64,000 nucleotides of DNA from Amoebidium appalachense (Eukaryota; Protista; Ichthyosporea): the NCBI GenBank assembly GCA_963693365.1, contig CAVNZM010000008.1:9667793-9731792 (forward strand), read 5' to 3'. The translations under genes were made by a program, and so were the position numbers. Under the pieces are notes generated by a model that did no database searches, was not told the DNA's origin, and saw only the letters and a program-made list of their open reading frames with translations. Below, piece by piece: positions 13,181-37,077 of this stretch (the stretch's first letter is position 1; the number at the start of each line of letters is the position of its first letter).

Positions 13181-14209
13181 CACGCACACACATCGGGGCT
13201 CTCTCTCTCTCTCTCCTCCCCCCGCGCCCCCCCCCCCCCCTCCCCCCCCTCCAACCCCCCCCTCAGCCCCCCCCTCCCTACCCTCCCTCCTTCCCCCCTC
13301 CCGCCCTCCCTTTCCCTCTCTTCCCCCCCCCCCCCCCCCCCCCCTTCCCCTCCCCCCGTTTCTCTCTTCATCTTCTGGCAACCCTTCCTTGTGTGCCCTC
13401 GAACTCACCTACTTACACACGCAGGCGCGCGCGCACACACACACACACACACGCACACACACACACGCACACACACAAATACATGCATCCGCGAAACCCC
13501 CGTGTCATATGGGCAATTCACGTAGAACCGTCAACATAAAACAGCCGATCAACCCCACCTCCACATCCCCTTCCCCCACCTTCCCCCCCCCCTCCCCCCC
13601 TCTCTCTCCCTCCCCCCCCCTCCTCCCCTCCCCTCCACACACACACCGTGACACACAAGCACGCACACCACCACCACCACCCCCCCCCAACCCATCCCCC
13701 CCCCTCCACCCGGCCACCCATCTCCCCACTTCCCCCACCCTCCCCCCCCCCCCCCCCCCCCCCGTCCAACCCTTCTTTTAACGGCCCCTTCTCATTGGAT
13801 CTTTTTAATTTTTCAGGAACGGGTGGACCTACTTCTTCCTCAACACCACCAAGATCTCTGCCGTCTATTGGTACCCTTTGCTATGTCTCATGATGGTCCT
13901 GTTTTGGCTGTTGGTGACAGTAGCCCACGTGTACCGCGAAAAACATTTCATGAAAAAGGGGGTGGGAAAGGGGGTGTGGTGCAGACTAACATCACACCAT
14001 TGGTGTGAATGGTGTAGGTGGGTTTGGGGGTGTTTTTTTGGTGGAGGGCAGGGTAGACTTGGGCTAGAGGGCTAGAGTGTAGTTGTAATTTGATTTTTTT
14101 TTCTTTTTTTGAGGGGGGGATGGGGGGGGGGGGGGGGGGAGGGGAGGGGAGGGGGGGGGGGGGGGGGGGGGCTGTTGGTGGTGGTGGTGGTGGTGGTGGT
14201 GGTTTTGGA

Positions 14210-14250
<41 letters not shown>

Positions 14251-14536
14251 GGAGAGGGGGGGGTGAAGGGGGGAGAGGAGGGGGGGGGGCTAGGGGCAGT
14301 AGTCCTGATTTTATTCTTGTATGTTGGGCTAAGTTAACGTTGGGAACACCACTCTTTGCACTTTCTTGTTCTTTTCGCTCTTTCTTTCGGGTCTTCAAAC
14401 CTCCTTTCTTCATACCCATTTTTCTTTCCTTGGTTTCTTTTCTCTCCGTCGTCTTCTTCTTCTTCTTCTTTTTTTTTTTTTTTGGTTCTTTTTTTCTGTG
14501 TCCTTCATACAGGTTCCGATCAATGTAACATACTAA
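8545..14536 (+). CDS. Multi-pass membrane protein, rolling stone / FAR-17a/AIG1-like; exons 8545-8916, 10226-10295, 11745-11900, 12443-12626, 13817-~13961, 14513-14536
   Basis: Splice phases are consistent. Motifs RFVTS..R...IY, FFTNLSYMGL, LYE...IVYW, NVSVHG...IE..FN and WTYFFL, and about 6 hydrophobic helices. The last donor and exon are less certain. Confidence 0.8.
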
Positions 14537-15001
14537 TATTAGACGTATGATAGAACATTAGATCTCAGATTGCGCTGATTGACGCAATTGTAAATTTTCG
14601 CGAATTTTTGTTTGAGGCCGGTTTTAGCTACTGGTCAGCATATGCATGAAGCCGATCTTCGGGCGTTATGAATACATGGCAGGGCACAAAACAACAAATG
14701 GCCCTATGCTGTTTTGAATTAAATTTCACATGTGTAGTATACCCTTGATAGCAAATAAATATAAAAATATTATCTCCCAATCCGCGGCCCTGATTACCTA
14801 ATTACCTCCCAAATCAATTAATTGATTTCATTTCTCCGATATTTACAACAATGACCGCGTATACGTTTGTATTGTCACACTGTGACTCACACGAGGTGAT
14901 TCCGAAAACAGCATGATGGGAGGGCACCCGAGGGCCCAATCTACTGCCTTGATGGGGATTTCAAACATGTTGACCCCCCCCCCCCCCCCCCCCCGGGCCG
15001 T

Positions 15002-15049
<48 letters not shown>

Positions 15050-15173
15050 GCCCCAACCCCCCCCGCACACACACACACCTCCCTCACCACCACCACAAAA
15101 ATAAGCCTCGGACACAACAACAAATTAGAGGGCTGTGGAGGAGCCTCGGATGTGGAGCCTCAGAGGGAGGTGT

Positions 15174-15241
<68 letters not shown>

Positions 15242-16027
15242 GGGGGGGGGGGGGTTCGTTCCCCAATAAGCGCATTATAGTAGGGAACAAATGAACGGCG
15301 CACAAATGCACGTACGTTTATGCATGCACCTGCATAGAACACTTGCCTGTATATATATATCTCTTCGGCTTTTTTATTGTTGGGGGCTGCGCTTACCTCC
15401 CCTCCCTCCCTTCTGCCGCCCATCCCTCTTCTCGGTAGGCCCCCCCGGCCCCTCTCTCCGTTTCTCCTTCCTTCACACCCTCCCTAACGAAGGTTGTCTG
15501 TTAGCTCCTCCCCCTCCCCCCCCCCCCCCTGCCTCCCTTCTCTCCCCTCCTCCCCCCTCTCACTAATAATAATAACCATGATTAATCACTGTCTTTCTCT
15601 TTCCCCCCCTGCTTCTCTCCGGGCCCTCTCCCTTCTCTCCCTTTCCCTTCTCTTTCTCCCTCTTCCCCCCCCCCTCTCTCTCTCCTCTCTCTCTCTCTCT
15701 TTCTCCCCCTCCCCCTCCATTCCCCCCCCCCTCTCTCTCTCCCCCACCCTCCCCCCACCTTTAACTTCTCACCCTTTTCCCCTCCTTCGAAATCCCTCCC
15801 TCTCTCTCTCTCTCTCTCTCTCCCCCTCCCCCCTCCCCCCCCCCCCCCAGTCCCCCCTCTCTCTTCTCTCTTTTTCTTACTCTCTCAGTCCCTCTCTCTG
15901 TTTTTCTCCTTCTTACCCCCACTCTCCCTCTCTCCCTCTCCCACAGCTCCTCCCCCAAGTGTTTCTTTTTCTTCCTCCCCCCCCCCCCCCCACCACCACC
16001 CCCTCTCTCTCTCCCTCCCTCTCTCTC

Positions 16028-16102
<75 letters not shown>

Positions 16103-16929
16103 CTCTCTCGCTCGCTCTCTCTCTCTCCTCTCTCTCCTCTCTCTCTCCACCCCTCCCTCTCTCACGCACGCACACACACACACGCGCGCGCGCACACACG
16201 CTCTCTCTCCCTCCCTCCCTCCCTCCCTCCCTCACTCACTCTCCCCGCCCCCCCGCCTCTCTCTCTCTCTCTCGCTCTCTCTCTCCCCCTTCCTTCTCTC
16301 TCTCCCCTCCCCCCTCCGGCCCCCCCCTCTCCCTCCCTCCCCTCCCTCCCCTCCCCCCTAGCCCCGCACCCTTGCTCCCCTAATAAGTGTAATAGTATAA
16401 TTCCCTCTAGTGACGTCCCAATCTAGACCACTGTGTGCAGCCTGCTGTACATGTGTGAGCCTTTCAATGTGACAGCAGCTTCCACTTACGTTGCGGTTTT
16501 CCGCCGATGAACTTACAGTAGTTTTATGACCACGTCTCTGTGAATCGGATTGTCACACAGTAATGCATGCATGACCAGGCCATTCCCGGTGCCAATGTAT
16601 TACGACTAGCTGGCAAGAGCTACACCTTCAATTATTCATTTGACATGTAGTATTTTTTCAATTCTAGCTATCTATCCAGATTCGATGATTCTTACTATCT
16701 ACTATCCGGATATATATCCATGCCGACATGGCTGGGGTAGTAGCCCCCAGGCTGGGCAAAGTGTGTACTTATTATAGTCAGTTTGTGAAGGATGGTTTAG
16801 CTTAGCTGAACTCATAGATAGCACCCCCCTTAACTAATGTACTGTCGGTGCTGTGTGGTAGACGGTAGTTTCCCTAGAGGGCCTGTAAAGACTCTCCGGG
16901 AACAAAACGTGATAAAATAAAATAAAAAA

Positions 16930-16930
16930 G

Positions 16931-16986
<56 letters not shown>
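16930..16986. repeat. (ATA)n microsatellite
   Basis: Trinucleotide run seen directly. Confidence 0.95.
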
Positions 16987-16987
<1 letters not shown>

Positions 16988-19138
16988 GATATATATCCAT
17001 AGTAGCTATATGTATAAAAAATGCCGCACATACTGATGAACGAGGTAGATCAGTGAGCGCAAGGCCCCCCCCACGTGTCCCCTACTAAAAACTGCGGCTT
17101 CTGCTCAGTGTAGGCGCAGCGGCCCACGCGCCTGATCGATGGCGGTGCATGTATGCCATGCGTATGTACTGTACATCATCGATCAATGTATGATACATTA
17201 CATAGCGGTCCGGTGACTGATTCTAAATTGATGATCGGATGTGTAACTCCTGAGTCCTGACTTCGATGTTACACGTAGGCAGCACAGTACGTACACAGCA
17301 CCGTGCAGGGCTCAGTGGGCAGCTCTTTTCTTTTTCAAGCATTTTTCAAGGCTGCTCATAATAGTATTTATGTAGTCACTCAGTCGCGTGCACTGTGGCA
17401 GAAGCGCTAGCGATGCGTCCTGTGATCACGTCGCACAACCCCTCTCCTGCATGCCTTGAGCCAGGACCCTGGCTGTGCAACGTCCAGCAGCAACGTCTCC
17501 CACGCGTACGACTCATCGCCTCAGAGTCCCGGCCAGCTACAGCCTGACAGTGTACGTTGTTGTGTCACTCTAGGCCCAATGCATGTGCTGTGAGCACCGT
17601 GAGTGACCATCTGTGATGTGACAAGGTGCGACCAAGTAGCTATAGGCTAAATAACACATTCACGAGACGAGGCCTTGGATGTGACGTCCAAACAGCCGCC
17701 CGCACTTTTGAAAACCTCTCCGTGGCCAGCTATAGGAGGCCTTGGATCCGCGGCCCCCGGCCCCGGGCTGGCCTGGGCCACAGCCTGTCATTGCGAGCTC
17801 CGTCCTCGCTCCGTCCGACCTTCGATCGAATCCGCGCCGTTGCTCCGCAAAAGAAATGCCGCTTCTAATTGAAACTGCCCCAGGATTGTTAAGGGGCTTG
17901 GTAAAACCAGAGCTATAGCCATCTACAGCCCCGCATTTTCTTCTTTTTTTTTTCCGAAGTCTAAACACCGGTACCGAGCACAGCCATGACCTCTGTGTTC
18001 GGAGGGCCGTGTGATATCTATTCAAATCTATTGTCCAATCACAATAGAGGTTATGGTTATCCAATCCATGTCGGGCCCTGCACATTCCAAGATAAAAGTA
18101 GCTCGGTGATGACGCTATGTGCGTCAGAGGGCCACAGCCCCAGCGCCGCCAGCGCCGCCCAGCCCCAGCGGCTGATATCGATATAACTGCGGGGGAGCAG
18201 ACCTGCCCAAGTACCTTTATAAACGCAAAGGTAGATATAGTTGGCCATATGGTAATTATTATATATCAACCAGCATAGTTTTCTTCAAATATTCAGGCGT
18301 TTTTCTTTCTTTTGCTTCGTGGGTTGGCCCCTGCCCTAAATTATCCTATTTTTTATCACTGGAATGTTGGAACGGTCCTGGCATGAGCGGCTCTATAGCC
18401 TAAAGGGCCAGCTGATACATAATGTACTCCTTGCTCGGCCTTCTTCATGTTATATTAAGTGATGTACACTTTGTAGTTTGTATATTAAAAGTGAGCAGTT
18501 CTAGTGTTTTCAGAAGCATTTTACATACCATTTCTCAATTTAATAGGTCCCCAAAACTACTGTCATCCTGGAGACCAGTGTCTCGGACCACCTTCTATGT
18601 CGCGACCAATAGAATAGTAATCTTCAACATTGTGTGTATAGCGAGATGCCATGATTGGCAGAAAATAATAGAAGAATTCTTCACTTCCTGTACAATGCCT
18701 AAGGTTTCACTTTGTTGCCGTCTGCTAATATTGGTGGAAATTTTCTTGGTTAACCTCTGCATTTTTGTGGAGAAAATCACGGTTTTTACTTCTTCCTTTT
18801 TTCGCTACAACATACAGAAAACATGTAATGTAAAAGAGATCGGTGAAGAAGACATACATGAGACAGTCGTGAGAGCGTCATAGGGACAAATATTCGCGTT
18901 ATGACGGACTGCATACCGGATACCCTCTCTGGTATGCAGCGATCTAGACGGTGCATTCCGATGTACTCCTCCCTATTCGAACGTATAAAACCCCGCGCCG
19001 GATGCAGTTGAGTCCAAAGCCATCGAGCTTCTGTTTCCTAAACATCCTCACAACCAAATAACACCTCCCCTGTTGAGCTTTGCCTTTCTGTTCAAACCCA
19101 CTTCTTTTCGCCCAGCATTTGTTGAGAAATCATTCAAA

Positions 19139-19960
19139 ATGCGTTTGCACTGCGCCGTTTTGGCCGCCCTTGCGGCAACCACCTCCGCCTTCAAGGCCCC
19201 CCGCGGTGTTGGCATTGGTGGTGTCTCGGCCGCAACCATCACTGTGAAGACCACCGATATCACAACTATTGTCACCACATCGCTGGTTACAACAACTGAT
19301 ACCACCACACAGACAAGCACGTCCACGGTTACTGGGACGAACACCGTCACCACCACCGCCACCACTACCCTCCCTGCAGTCACCACCACCGCTACCACAA
19401 CTCTCCCTGCCACCACCACCACGGCCACAGCCACCACCACTGCCACCACGACGAATTTCGCCACCACCACCGCGACGGTCACCGCGACGACCACTGTTGT
19501 TGCGACGCAAACCCCCGAATGGGAACCCCCCGGCTGCCAGGGAAATTGTCTGTTGAGTGAGAGCGTAGTCCTTTTCACTGGCCAGGTTGGGTATCTGAAT
19601 GACCCCGCAACGGGCCAGCCGCTTTACTCGCACGTTACTCAAGGCCGTAAGTTCCTCAAAACATACTTCAGTGCTCCTTATGGAACATGGCTGCGCTTAT
19701 TTAAGGTCAGGACTGGGTCGTTCGGTCTTCAGACCTTGGGTAAGGCTGAGATAGAGAGGCAGTCTTCGACTCCTGCACGCGCAGCTGGGGTTGCCGCCAA
19801 GTCGTACACGAACGAAGATGTTTTCATTACCACGGTGGGCAAGTGCGTTGGACCCGGCACCTATGTTTGGCGCTGGCAGAACACTGCCAACCGCAAGCAG
19901 TTCTACACTGGTGAGATTGCTGCCTGGACTATTGATGATGAGGATGCGGCCGATTGCTAG
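19139..19960 (+). CDS. Intronless secreted protein (273 aa): signal peptide, Thr-rich mucin-like stalk and a Cys-containing C-terminal domain
   Basis: Signal-like start MRLHCAVLAALAATTSA; about 90 aa Thr-rich region; strong ACC/GCC codon bias; TATAAAA at 18984. Confidence 0.85.
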   Translation: MRLHCAVLAALAATTSAFKAPRGVGIGGVSAATITVKTTDITTIVTTSLVTTTDTTTQTSTSTVTGTNTVTTTATTTLPAVTTTATTTLPATTTTATATTTATTTNFATTTATVTATTTVVATQTPEWEPPGCQGNCLLSESVVLFTGQVGYLNDPATGQPLYSHVTQGRKFLKTYFSAPYGTWLRLFKVRTGSFGLQTLGKAEIERQSSTPARAAGVAAKSYTNEDVFITTVGKCVGPGTYVWRWQNTANRKQFYTGEIAAWTIDDEDAADC

Positions 19961-21072
19961 AAGTCTTCTTTGTGTAGAATCAGCGGACTAGTAGATGAAA
20001 TTTTCTTTCTTTCAGGGCTAGTAGATAACCTTCTCTCACTGACAGGGTGGTTTGAGGGTGTACGTGGCTAATAATAGTTTGGATGCGGTATGTAGACAAT
20101 AGATAAAAGAGTAATAGGTCGGTGGGTTTTGACAGATGGAGAGCATTCATAATAGTGGGTTGGTGTAGTTACTTTTTTGATTTGGTTTTGGGCTAGTATG
20201 TATGTTGTGTACAAAAGGAGTTCAAGCGTGTATTCCAATCATCAGAACCTGCTTTACACTCAATGGCAACAACAGGCCACACTTGTTTTAACCTGTAGCT
20301 TTGTTGATATCACAACAACTATATATTTTCAGGTAAAAAGGTCATGTGCGGCTATGCATGTACATAATAGAGACACACGTGCAACGGTTCACTGCTATTG
20401 GTTGGAGACATCTTTTGTTTTTCTGCGTGGTTTCCTGTCAAGGTCCCACCTACCATGGCGGATTGGGGAGAAATTGTTGATACTGAGCCAAACAACAGGC
20501 TTGGGAGTTACATGTACTTACGGGCAAACATCTAAACAATAAACGAAACGGGAAAAAAAAAAAAAAACGAAGATCAAATTTACCTTGGTCTCCTCCCCCC
20601 CCCCCCCCCCCCTACCCCCTCCCCGTTCAGTCACTGTGGGTGGTTTTCTTTCTCTCTGCCCGACCCCTCCCCCCACCCCCAACCCCCCACCCCTATCCCG
20701 ACCCCTTCTTCATACCGCTCCCTTCACCCCCTCCATTCTCCAACCCCTTTTTTTCGCTCCGATTAATGTGTGCGTGTACAGTTTGTGTTGTTGTGTGTAT
20801 GTGCTTTGTGAGTGGTGCGTGTGCGTGCATTCTGCAGTTTCGAATCATTCAATAGTATTTTACTTTAAATTTATTCTGTTTTGTTAACGAGAATCTGATG
20901 CCCTTTAGGAGTCCCTCATGGAAACTACCATCTCTCACTATGCACCGACTATACAGTAGCTAGGGTGCTAGTGGTGCAATCAGATACCTATTATAAAAGA
21001 ACACACCTTCAACGGTGTGCATGTGTGTGTGTGATCATGACACTGTGTGTATCATGTGTGTCTGTGTAACAC

Positions 21073-21118
<46 letters not shown>

Positions 21119-22876
21119 TGGGCAAATCGTGCGGGTGTGTTGTGAGTGTGCCTTGCCAACGTATCTGCCTCTCTGCCTAGGCCTGGACATGCAATGCGAG
21201 TGTGTTTGTGTGACACGCGGCAAGGTCATATGTTTGGTTGGGTGGTCTCAGCGTGATTAACAGGTGGACCAGGTGTGTGTGTTGTTGGCTATGCACTGCG
21301 GCATGTATTGTGTGCCCCATTAAGAGAGGAAGGCGGGGCCCGGGGGGAGGGGGGGAGGGGGGGGGGGGGGGGGGGGGGGGGCGCTCTCCGTATAATTATA
21401 ATGCCAGTATTCCATGGTGCCCGTGCTCTAGGAGACTTGTGCCGTAAGGCTTGTGTGGTCACGTGTGTGCCCCCGGTTTAGATATGTGTACACTGATGTG
21501 CAGCCTTTATTCGTGGGTACTGTAAGCTGCAATCATGACAGGCGAACATTTTAGCAGTCTGAGAAAAAAAAAATTCACTATAATACTAAGTAGCACTGAA
21601 AAGAGCATGATGTTTTTATTCTTAGCTGTTCCTCACTTGACTCCCAGAACTTCAAACCAGGTTCAACTTTCAGGATGCAGTGTCAATGATACGTTTGAAA
21701 ATTCCAGCCGTTTTTTTTAAAAAGAGCATATGAACCATAACTTGCCCGACCTTAATGTACGTATGCATGTACCCCCTCTCCCCTCTCTCCCCCCTCCCCC
21801 CTCCCCCCTCCCCCCACCCCCACCCCACCACACACATACACACACACACACATACAAAAAAAAAAAAAGGGGGGGGGGGGGGGGCATACAAAAAAAAAGG
21901 GGGGGGGGGGGGGGGGGGGGGGGGGATAGCACGTCACGTCATAGTACCTAGAGTTATCGACTCGATTCTCGGGTGAGTAACCGTCAATTATGATGGAGAC
22001 AAACCAAAATTTAATGTGTTCAACTGAAGAGCGATCACGTATGCCTTGTACATGTAAATAATGAGCATAGTTTTCCCACAATCCAAATCCAAAAACGGTT
22101 CACTATTCGTCTGCCTGCCTTCTGTTGCCAGCTTTCGGCGACCTGTTAACGCTAGGGGCCCCGTTTAATACTTGCTGTCAGAAGAGGTACACGTGCATGC
22201 GAGCGTGACTTTCTGGCAAAGGCAAATAACGCCATGCCTGCTGAAGAGAAACGGGAAGCAAGTTGCTTGCAATCAGAAAACTCGGTCACATTTATCCTGA
22301 TTGATCATTGAATCAGATGACCAACAAGATCGTGCATTGATTGTACATGTCGGAAACTGTCATTACGGTAGAAAAAGTAAGTTCGCAGTTGACACGCGTA
22401 CAGTCATTCATGTATGTATGGTGTTTTACTGTTGGCATACCCTGGCATCATCACACATACGCACCTGCACACGCCACGTAAACGCACGCACACACACACG
22501 CACACACACACACACCCCTGCACGCGCACACACCCAAACACACACAGACAGACAAGCACGCGTTCGCGCGTGCGCATACATATCACACACACGCACACAC
22601 GCTGACCGGGACACACACACAGAGAGAGACACACACAGACGCACACACACAATGTGCCCCTGTCCTCTGGAATCTGTCTTTAAATTTCCAACAGCAGTGG
22701 TTTTGGAAATTTATCTTTATAGCTCATAGCCCAATCCTGGGCCACTGTCTAATGCAAGAAAGTGTCGTTGGCAAGGAGAGAGGGAGGGAGAAAGAGAGAG
22801 ACACACACAGACAGACAGAGAGAGACGAACAAAGAGAGAGAGAGTGAGCTAGCGCTAAGAAGAAGGGAGAGAGACG

Positions 22877-22968
22877 GGGGGGGGGGGGGGGGAAGGGGGT
22901 AAAAGTGCAATAGCCGAAAAATTGGAAAAAGAGAAAAGGGTGTTTTTTTTTTTTTTTTTTTGAGGGAA

Positions 22969-23001
<33 letters not shown>

Positions 23002-23167
23002 AAAAGTGCAATAGCCGAAAAATTGGAAAAAGAGAAAAGGGTTTTTTTTTTTTTTTTTTTTTTGAGGGAACGGGGGGGGGGGGGGGGGGGGGGGGGGAGG
23101 GGGGGTAAAAAAGTGCAATAGCCGAAAAATTGGAAAAAGAGAAAAGGGGGGTTTTTTTTTTGAGGGA

Positions 23168-23205
<38 letters not shown>

Positions 23206-23275
23206 GGATAAAAGTGCAATAGCCGAAAAATTGGAAAAAGAGAAAAGGGGTTTTTTTTTTTTTTTTTTGAGGGAA

Positions 23276-23308
<33 letters not shown>

Positions 23309-23401
23309 AAAAGTGCAATATGTAGCCGAAAAATTGGAAAAAGAGAAAAGGGTTTTTTTTTTTTTTCTTTGAGGGAAAGGGGGGGGGGGGGGGGGGGGGG
23401 A
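22877..23401. repeat. ~100-bp compound tandem repeat, 5 copies
   Basis: Unit taaaagtgcaatagccgaaaaattggaaaaagagaaaaggg-(T)n-gagggaa-(G)n starts near 22900, 23001, 23106, 23209 and 23308; the homopolymer lengths vary. Confidence 0.9.
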
Positions 23402-23624
23402 GGACATTACAGAGTCATTTTTGGGTGGACTCAACAAAAAGACGAAAGACATGTACAACGAAGAGCACACACGTGCGCGCATACTGCTCTACAATTTGTC
23501 CTCGCAAAAGCTTTTTATTTCAGTAATTTTTGAAACACAGCAGGTGTCCATCGCCGGGTACCATCACCACGGTGGATAGGAATTCAATAAAATTTTTTTT
23601 AACATTTTTAACATTTTATATTCC

Positions 23625-23665
<41 letters not shown>

Positions 23666-23845
23666 AATGGTCATGTTTAATGTAATGTGGCAAAAAGCCA
23701 AAGAAAGAAAATCTAATTTAAAGTTTAGAATAGAAAACAGGCAGGTGCATAGCAAACCCACATACAGGCCAGAAGTCCAGATCACTAGAGAGCACACATA
23801 CCCTACGACGTCCCTATTCAATCCCTTTTATGCCCCCTCCGTGCC

Positions 23846-23881
<36 letters not shown>

Positions 23882-24164
23882 AAAACCAGAGGGAGGGAAA
23901 TAAAGAGGGAGAGAAAAAGAGAAAGAGAAATGGAACAAACAAACAAACAAAAAAATAAACAAACCAAAAATTGGTACAGAAGGAGAAAGACGGCGGGATT
24001 GATGAAGATTGTTTTACAGCCCCCGCATCCAGGGGTGTCCAAGTATCATTACCACATTTCACACAGAGCCAACCACTCCAAAATCCCACCAATCAAATCC
24101 GGAGTAATCATCATCTTATCCACCAATGATTAATCCCATCTGTAGAGTAGGATAGCCTAAATTC

Positions 24165-33706
<9,542 letters not shown>

Positions 33707-36700
33707 CTGAGAGGTGTGTGTGTGTGTGTGGGGGGGGGGGGGGCGGGTTGGATGGGTAGGTATTTTTTGGGGGAGGGGGGAGAGGGGGAGGGGGGAGAGT
33801 TGGGGGGAATTTTGTTCGGTTGTCTGTTGTCGGGTGTGGTCGGCGGACAAAAACTAATCATGTTGACAATGTGATGAAGATAAAAAATTGCAGCATATAC
33901 TAAGGGTAACACTGTGCATGGTACCTTACACTGTTTTATGCGGGTGTGTGATGTTCTTCTTCAGGGGGGGAGGAGAGGGGGAGGGGGGAGAGATCAGGTT
34001 CAAGGGCAAGCAAGCAGTAACGGAAGATGCCACTGGCGGTGGTTAGAGGAGTTGAGCTTACATGGGGTGAGTGTAGGGCCTGGGGTATTGGTGTCGGTGG
34101 TATGATGAACTACAAGTATGAACAGGGAGAGTGAGCATCGAATAAATATTCATGGCATAGTCACACTAACTGGAGCATTTTAAGAAAAAGGAGATGGATC
34201 TTTGAGATGTGTTATAAGAAGAGAAAACTCGTCAAGGGGGGAGGGGTTGGGGGGGTTTGAATGCGTCAAAAACTACGAAGTACACAAGAACAAACGGATA
34301 ACACGATGCAGAATGCAAGCCATACATAAAGAGTATGCATAATAAGCAGAAAAGGGGGAGCTGGGTATAAAGAGCAGGGAGTAGGGGGGCGAGGGGGGGA
34401 GAGGGGGGGGTAGGGCAGAGGAGGAAACACCACATCGGAGACTCGAGGACGTAGTATTACGACACGCCAAACAGAAATCAAGTCATGGATCCAGCAATAA
34501 CTGTAGCCCTATTTCTCTTTGTATCTACTGGTAAACCTATTAACGCATAACAGCCACCTGCTCTATTGAACAAACATACATACCAGCCATATCCATGCCA
34601 CGCTAAAGTTAGGTGCTGTAAATACCACAAACAACACATGGCACAGCAAAGAGCACACAGGTCATGCATGCAGCAAAGGCAAACTCACCACAGTGGAACT
34701 TGCTACATACTAAGCCTCATCTAACAAAAGCATAACCACAGCTACTTGGAGCTACAAAGCTCCATTTCTTTCTATTATGCAAGGGAATGCTTTCGGCAAG
34801 ATCTTGACTTCAACTTTACAGGCGAAACAGAAGCATGCGAACCACCCCAAATCTCGACATTCGCGTGAGTGGTGCAGGGGACGCCTCTAAATTCTACACC
34901 TTGGTTGCCTTCAACTGCGTGCTGTAGTGCTTATGGGCGCTATAGAAGCATGTAAACTACCCTCCACCACCACTTCACTCAAACATGCTAAACAGACAAT
35001 CTTCGACCATTTCTTTCTTGCAGTTTGGAGTAAGCAACATGTGCATTTCGTCAAGGAAAACTATGGCCTACAGGCGCAGAAAAAGCACACAATCTTCTTA
35101 CCTGCTCACTCGACCTTTGGTTGATGGATATAGTTTCACCGCTCAGCACAAAACCATGCCCATCGTGACCAGAAAAAACTATACTCACTTCTTCTACTCC
35201 CACGTTGCAACGGTTTCTGCGATAACGTTTAACCTTGGAAGGCTTTTTTTATACCGAGAGGAGTTAGTATTAGTCTTTGAAACAATTGCGTCATATATAG
35301 GGCCAAAGCCTGCCCAATGGGTGTTATTTTGCTTTAGAAAAAGTGTGGATGCGTGCGACACTATAGACTAATTAAAATCTGGTTAATTGACTGCCTAATA
35401 AGGCTATTGTATGTGATTGGTTCGCAGTGCCTCCATTTGATTGGTTTGATCAATAACCCCCGTGGCGTCATGGCTTTTTCGGGTGGAATAAAAAAGAGTC
35501 TTACATCCTATGTATGTACATATGCACTCATGACTCAAAACTGATTAATATGCTGAGCTTGTGTTATGTTTTCAAGGGTCTTCCCAGTGTCTAACATGTC
35601 TTTACATCCATTGTGCATTAAAGTTCTGTTATTTCAGTTTGGCTGAGCTGGAAAACGAGATAAGACTTCAAGATCGAAGAGCTGCAGCTGTAGCCTACAG
35701 TCAGCCCCGACGGTCCCCGGCGCCCCGAACTTCGGCCGACGTACAAAGGAATTCACGAAGGCTAAGAATTCAGAGACTGCTGGAACCGACGTTTGTACTA
35801 GTATATACGTAGTAAAGGGGGGGGAGAGGGGGGAAAGGGGGTGGGGGGAGGCCTAGGGGGGTGAGGGGGGGGGGGGGGGGGGAAGCCTCAGGAGGGTTGG
35901 GATAACTAATACGTGTACCACCCTCTCAGGTTTCAAATTATTGCAGCGCAGTCATAAAGGGAAGCCCCAGGCCGGGGGCAGGAAGAGGGTCCGAGGAGGG
36001 GGGGGGGGGGGGGGGGGGAGGGTTGGCAGTAGTGTATTACATCTCATGGTGTTTTGATTTGTGCAGGCAGTCCTGCTGCCAGCCGCACATCATTGTCAAT
36101 GATTGATATCATGGCATTATCATACGTTTCACTGGCACTCGGAATGAGACATACACAGGTATTGTCAGCTACTAGACATGCACAATGATTTGATAAATAA
36201 TAATCATTATGGTGTTGGGGCCTCGTTGACAATATTAAAGCATGCGTGTTCAACTTGACACCTTTCACTTTGATCAGATTCTACTAGGCCAATAATAAGT
36301 ACTACCTCTTCGCCATTACAAATCTAATCATACATGATACTTTTTAGGGCCACTCAACGTCTGGTGCTACGCTGCCCGCTTGTGCACTTTTGTGCTTTTG
36401 TGCGCATTCATGCCAGTGTGTGTGCACGTTCCTGCCACGTGTTCGTGTCAGTCGGATTGCCGGTGTGTGTGTGTGTGTGTGAAAGTGTGTGTGTGTGTGT
36501 GTGTGAACGTGTGTATGTGTTTATGTGTGTGAACGTGTGTATGTGTGTGTGTGTGTGTGTGTGTGAACGTGTGTATGTGTGTGTGTGTGTGTGAACGTGT
36601 GTATGTGTGTGTGTGGGGGGGGCGCGCAGCGGCGCGGGGGGAGGAGGGGGGGGAGGTATCCTACTTCAATTGTGTATGTAAATGGTAAATGACACGAGGG

Positions 36701-36870
36701 GAGGGAGGGGCGGGGAGGGGGGGGGGGGGAGGGGGTTAGAAAGCGTTACAGAATACTAAGCACACATAAAGTACACATTGACCACAGGCAACACAATAGG
36801 AACGGAGGGGCAGGGAGGGGGAGGGGAGAGGGGGGAGGGGGGAGGGGGGGGGGGGGGGGGGGGGTAATAA

Positions 36871-37043
36871 TTATTGTCGTGGTGAGGCTCTTCTTGAGAG
36901 GAATGCCAGCTGGCTGCGTAGAACGGCCAGACTGCTTTCACTATGCCTGCTCACAGCTAGAAAAGGCTCCATGGATTGACGCCTGGTTGATAGCTCCTGT
37001 GTGTGTGCAATCGCATTAGTAACGGAGAGAGGGACGGAAGAAG

Positions 37044-37077
<34 letters not shown>

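Noticed and set aside
18422-18883. 153-aa ATG ORF upstream of the secreted protein
   Set aside because: AT-rich, with no codon bias or motifs; probably non-coding.
33900-34900. Candidate first exons of glycogen synthase (donor-like sites near 34688 and 34060)
   Set aside because: I could not build an unambiguous ATG-initiated, phase-2-ending exon; left unresolved.
35468-35812. Possible small plus-strand spliced gene (MAFSGGIKKSLTSY, then an exon at 35638)
   Set aside because: The obvious splice gives a stop after two codons and there is no recognisable homology; it cannot be supported.
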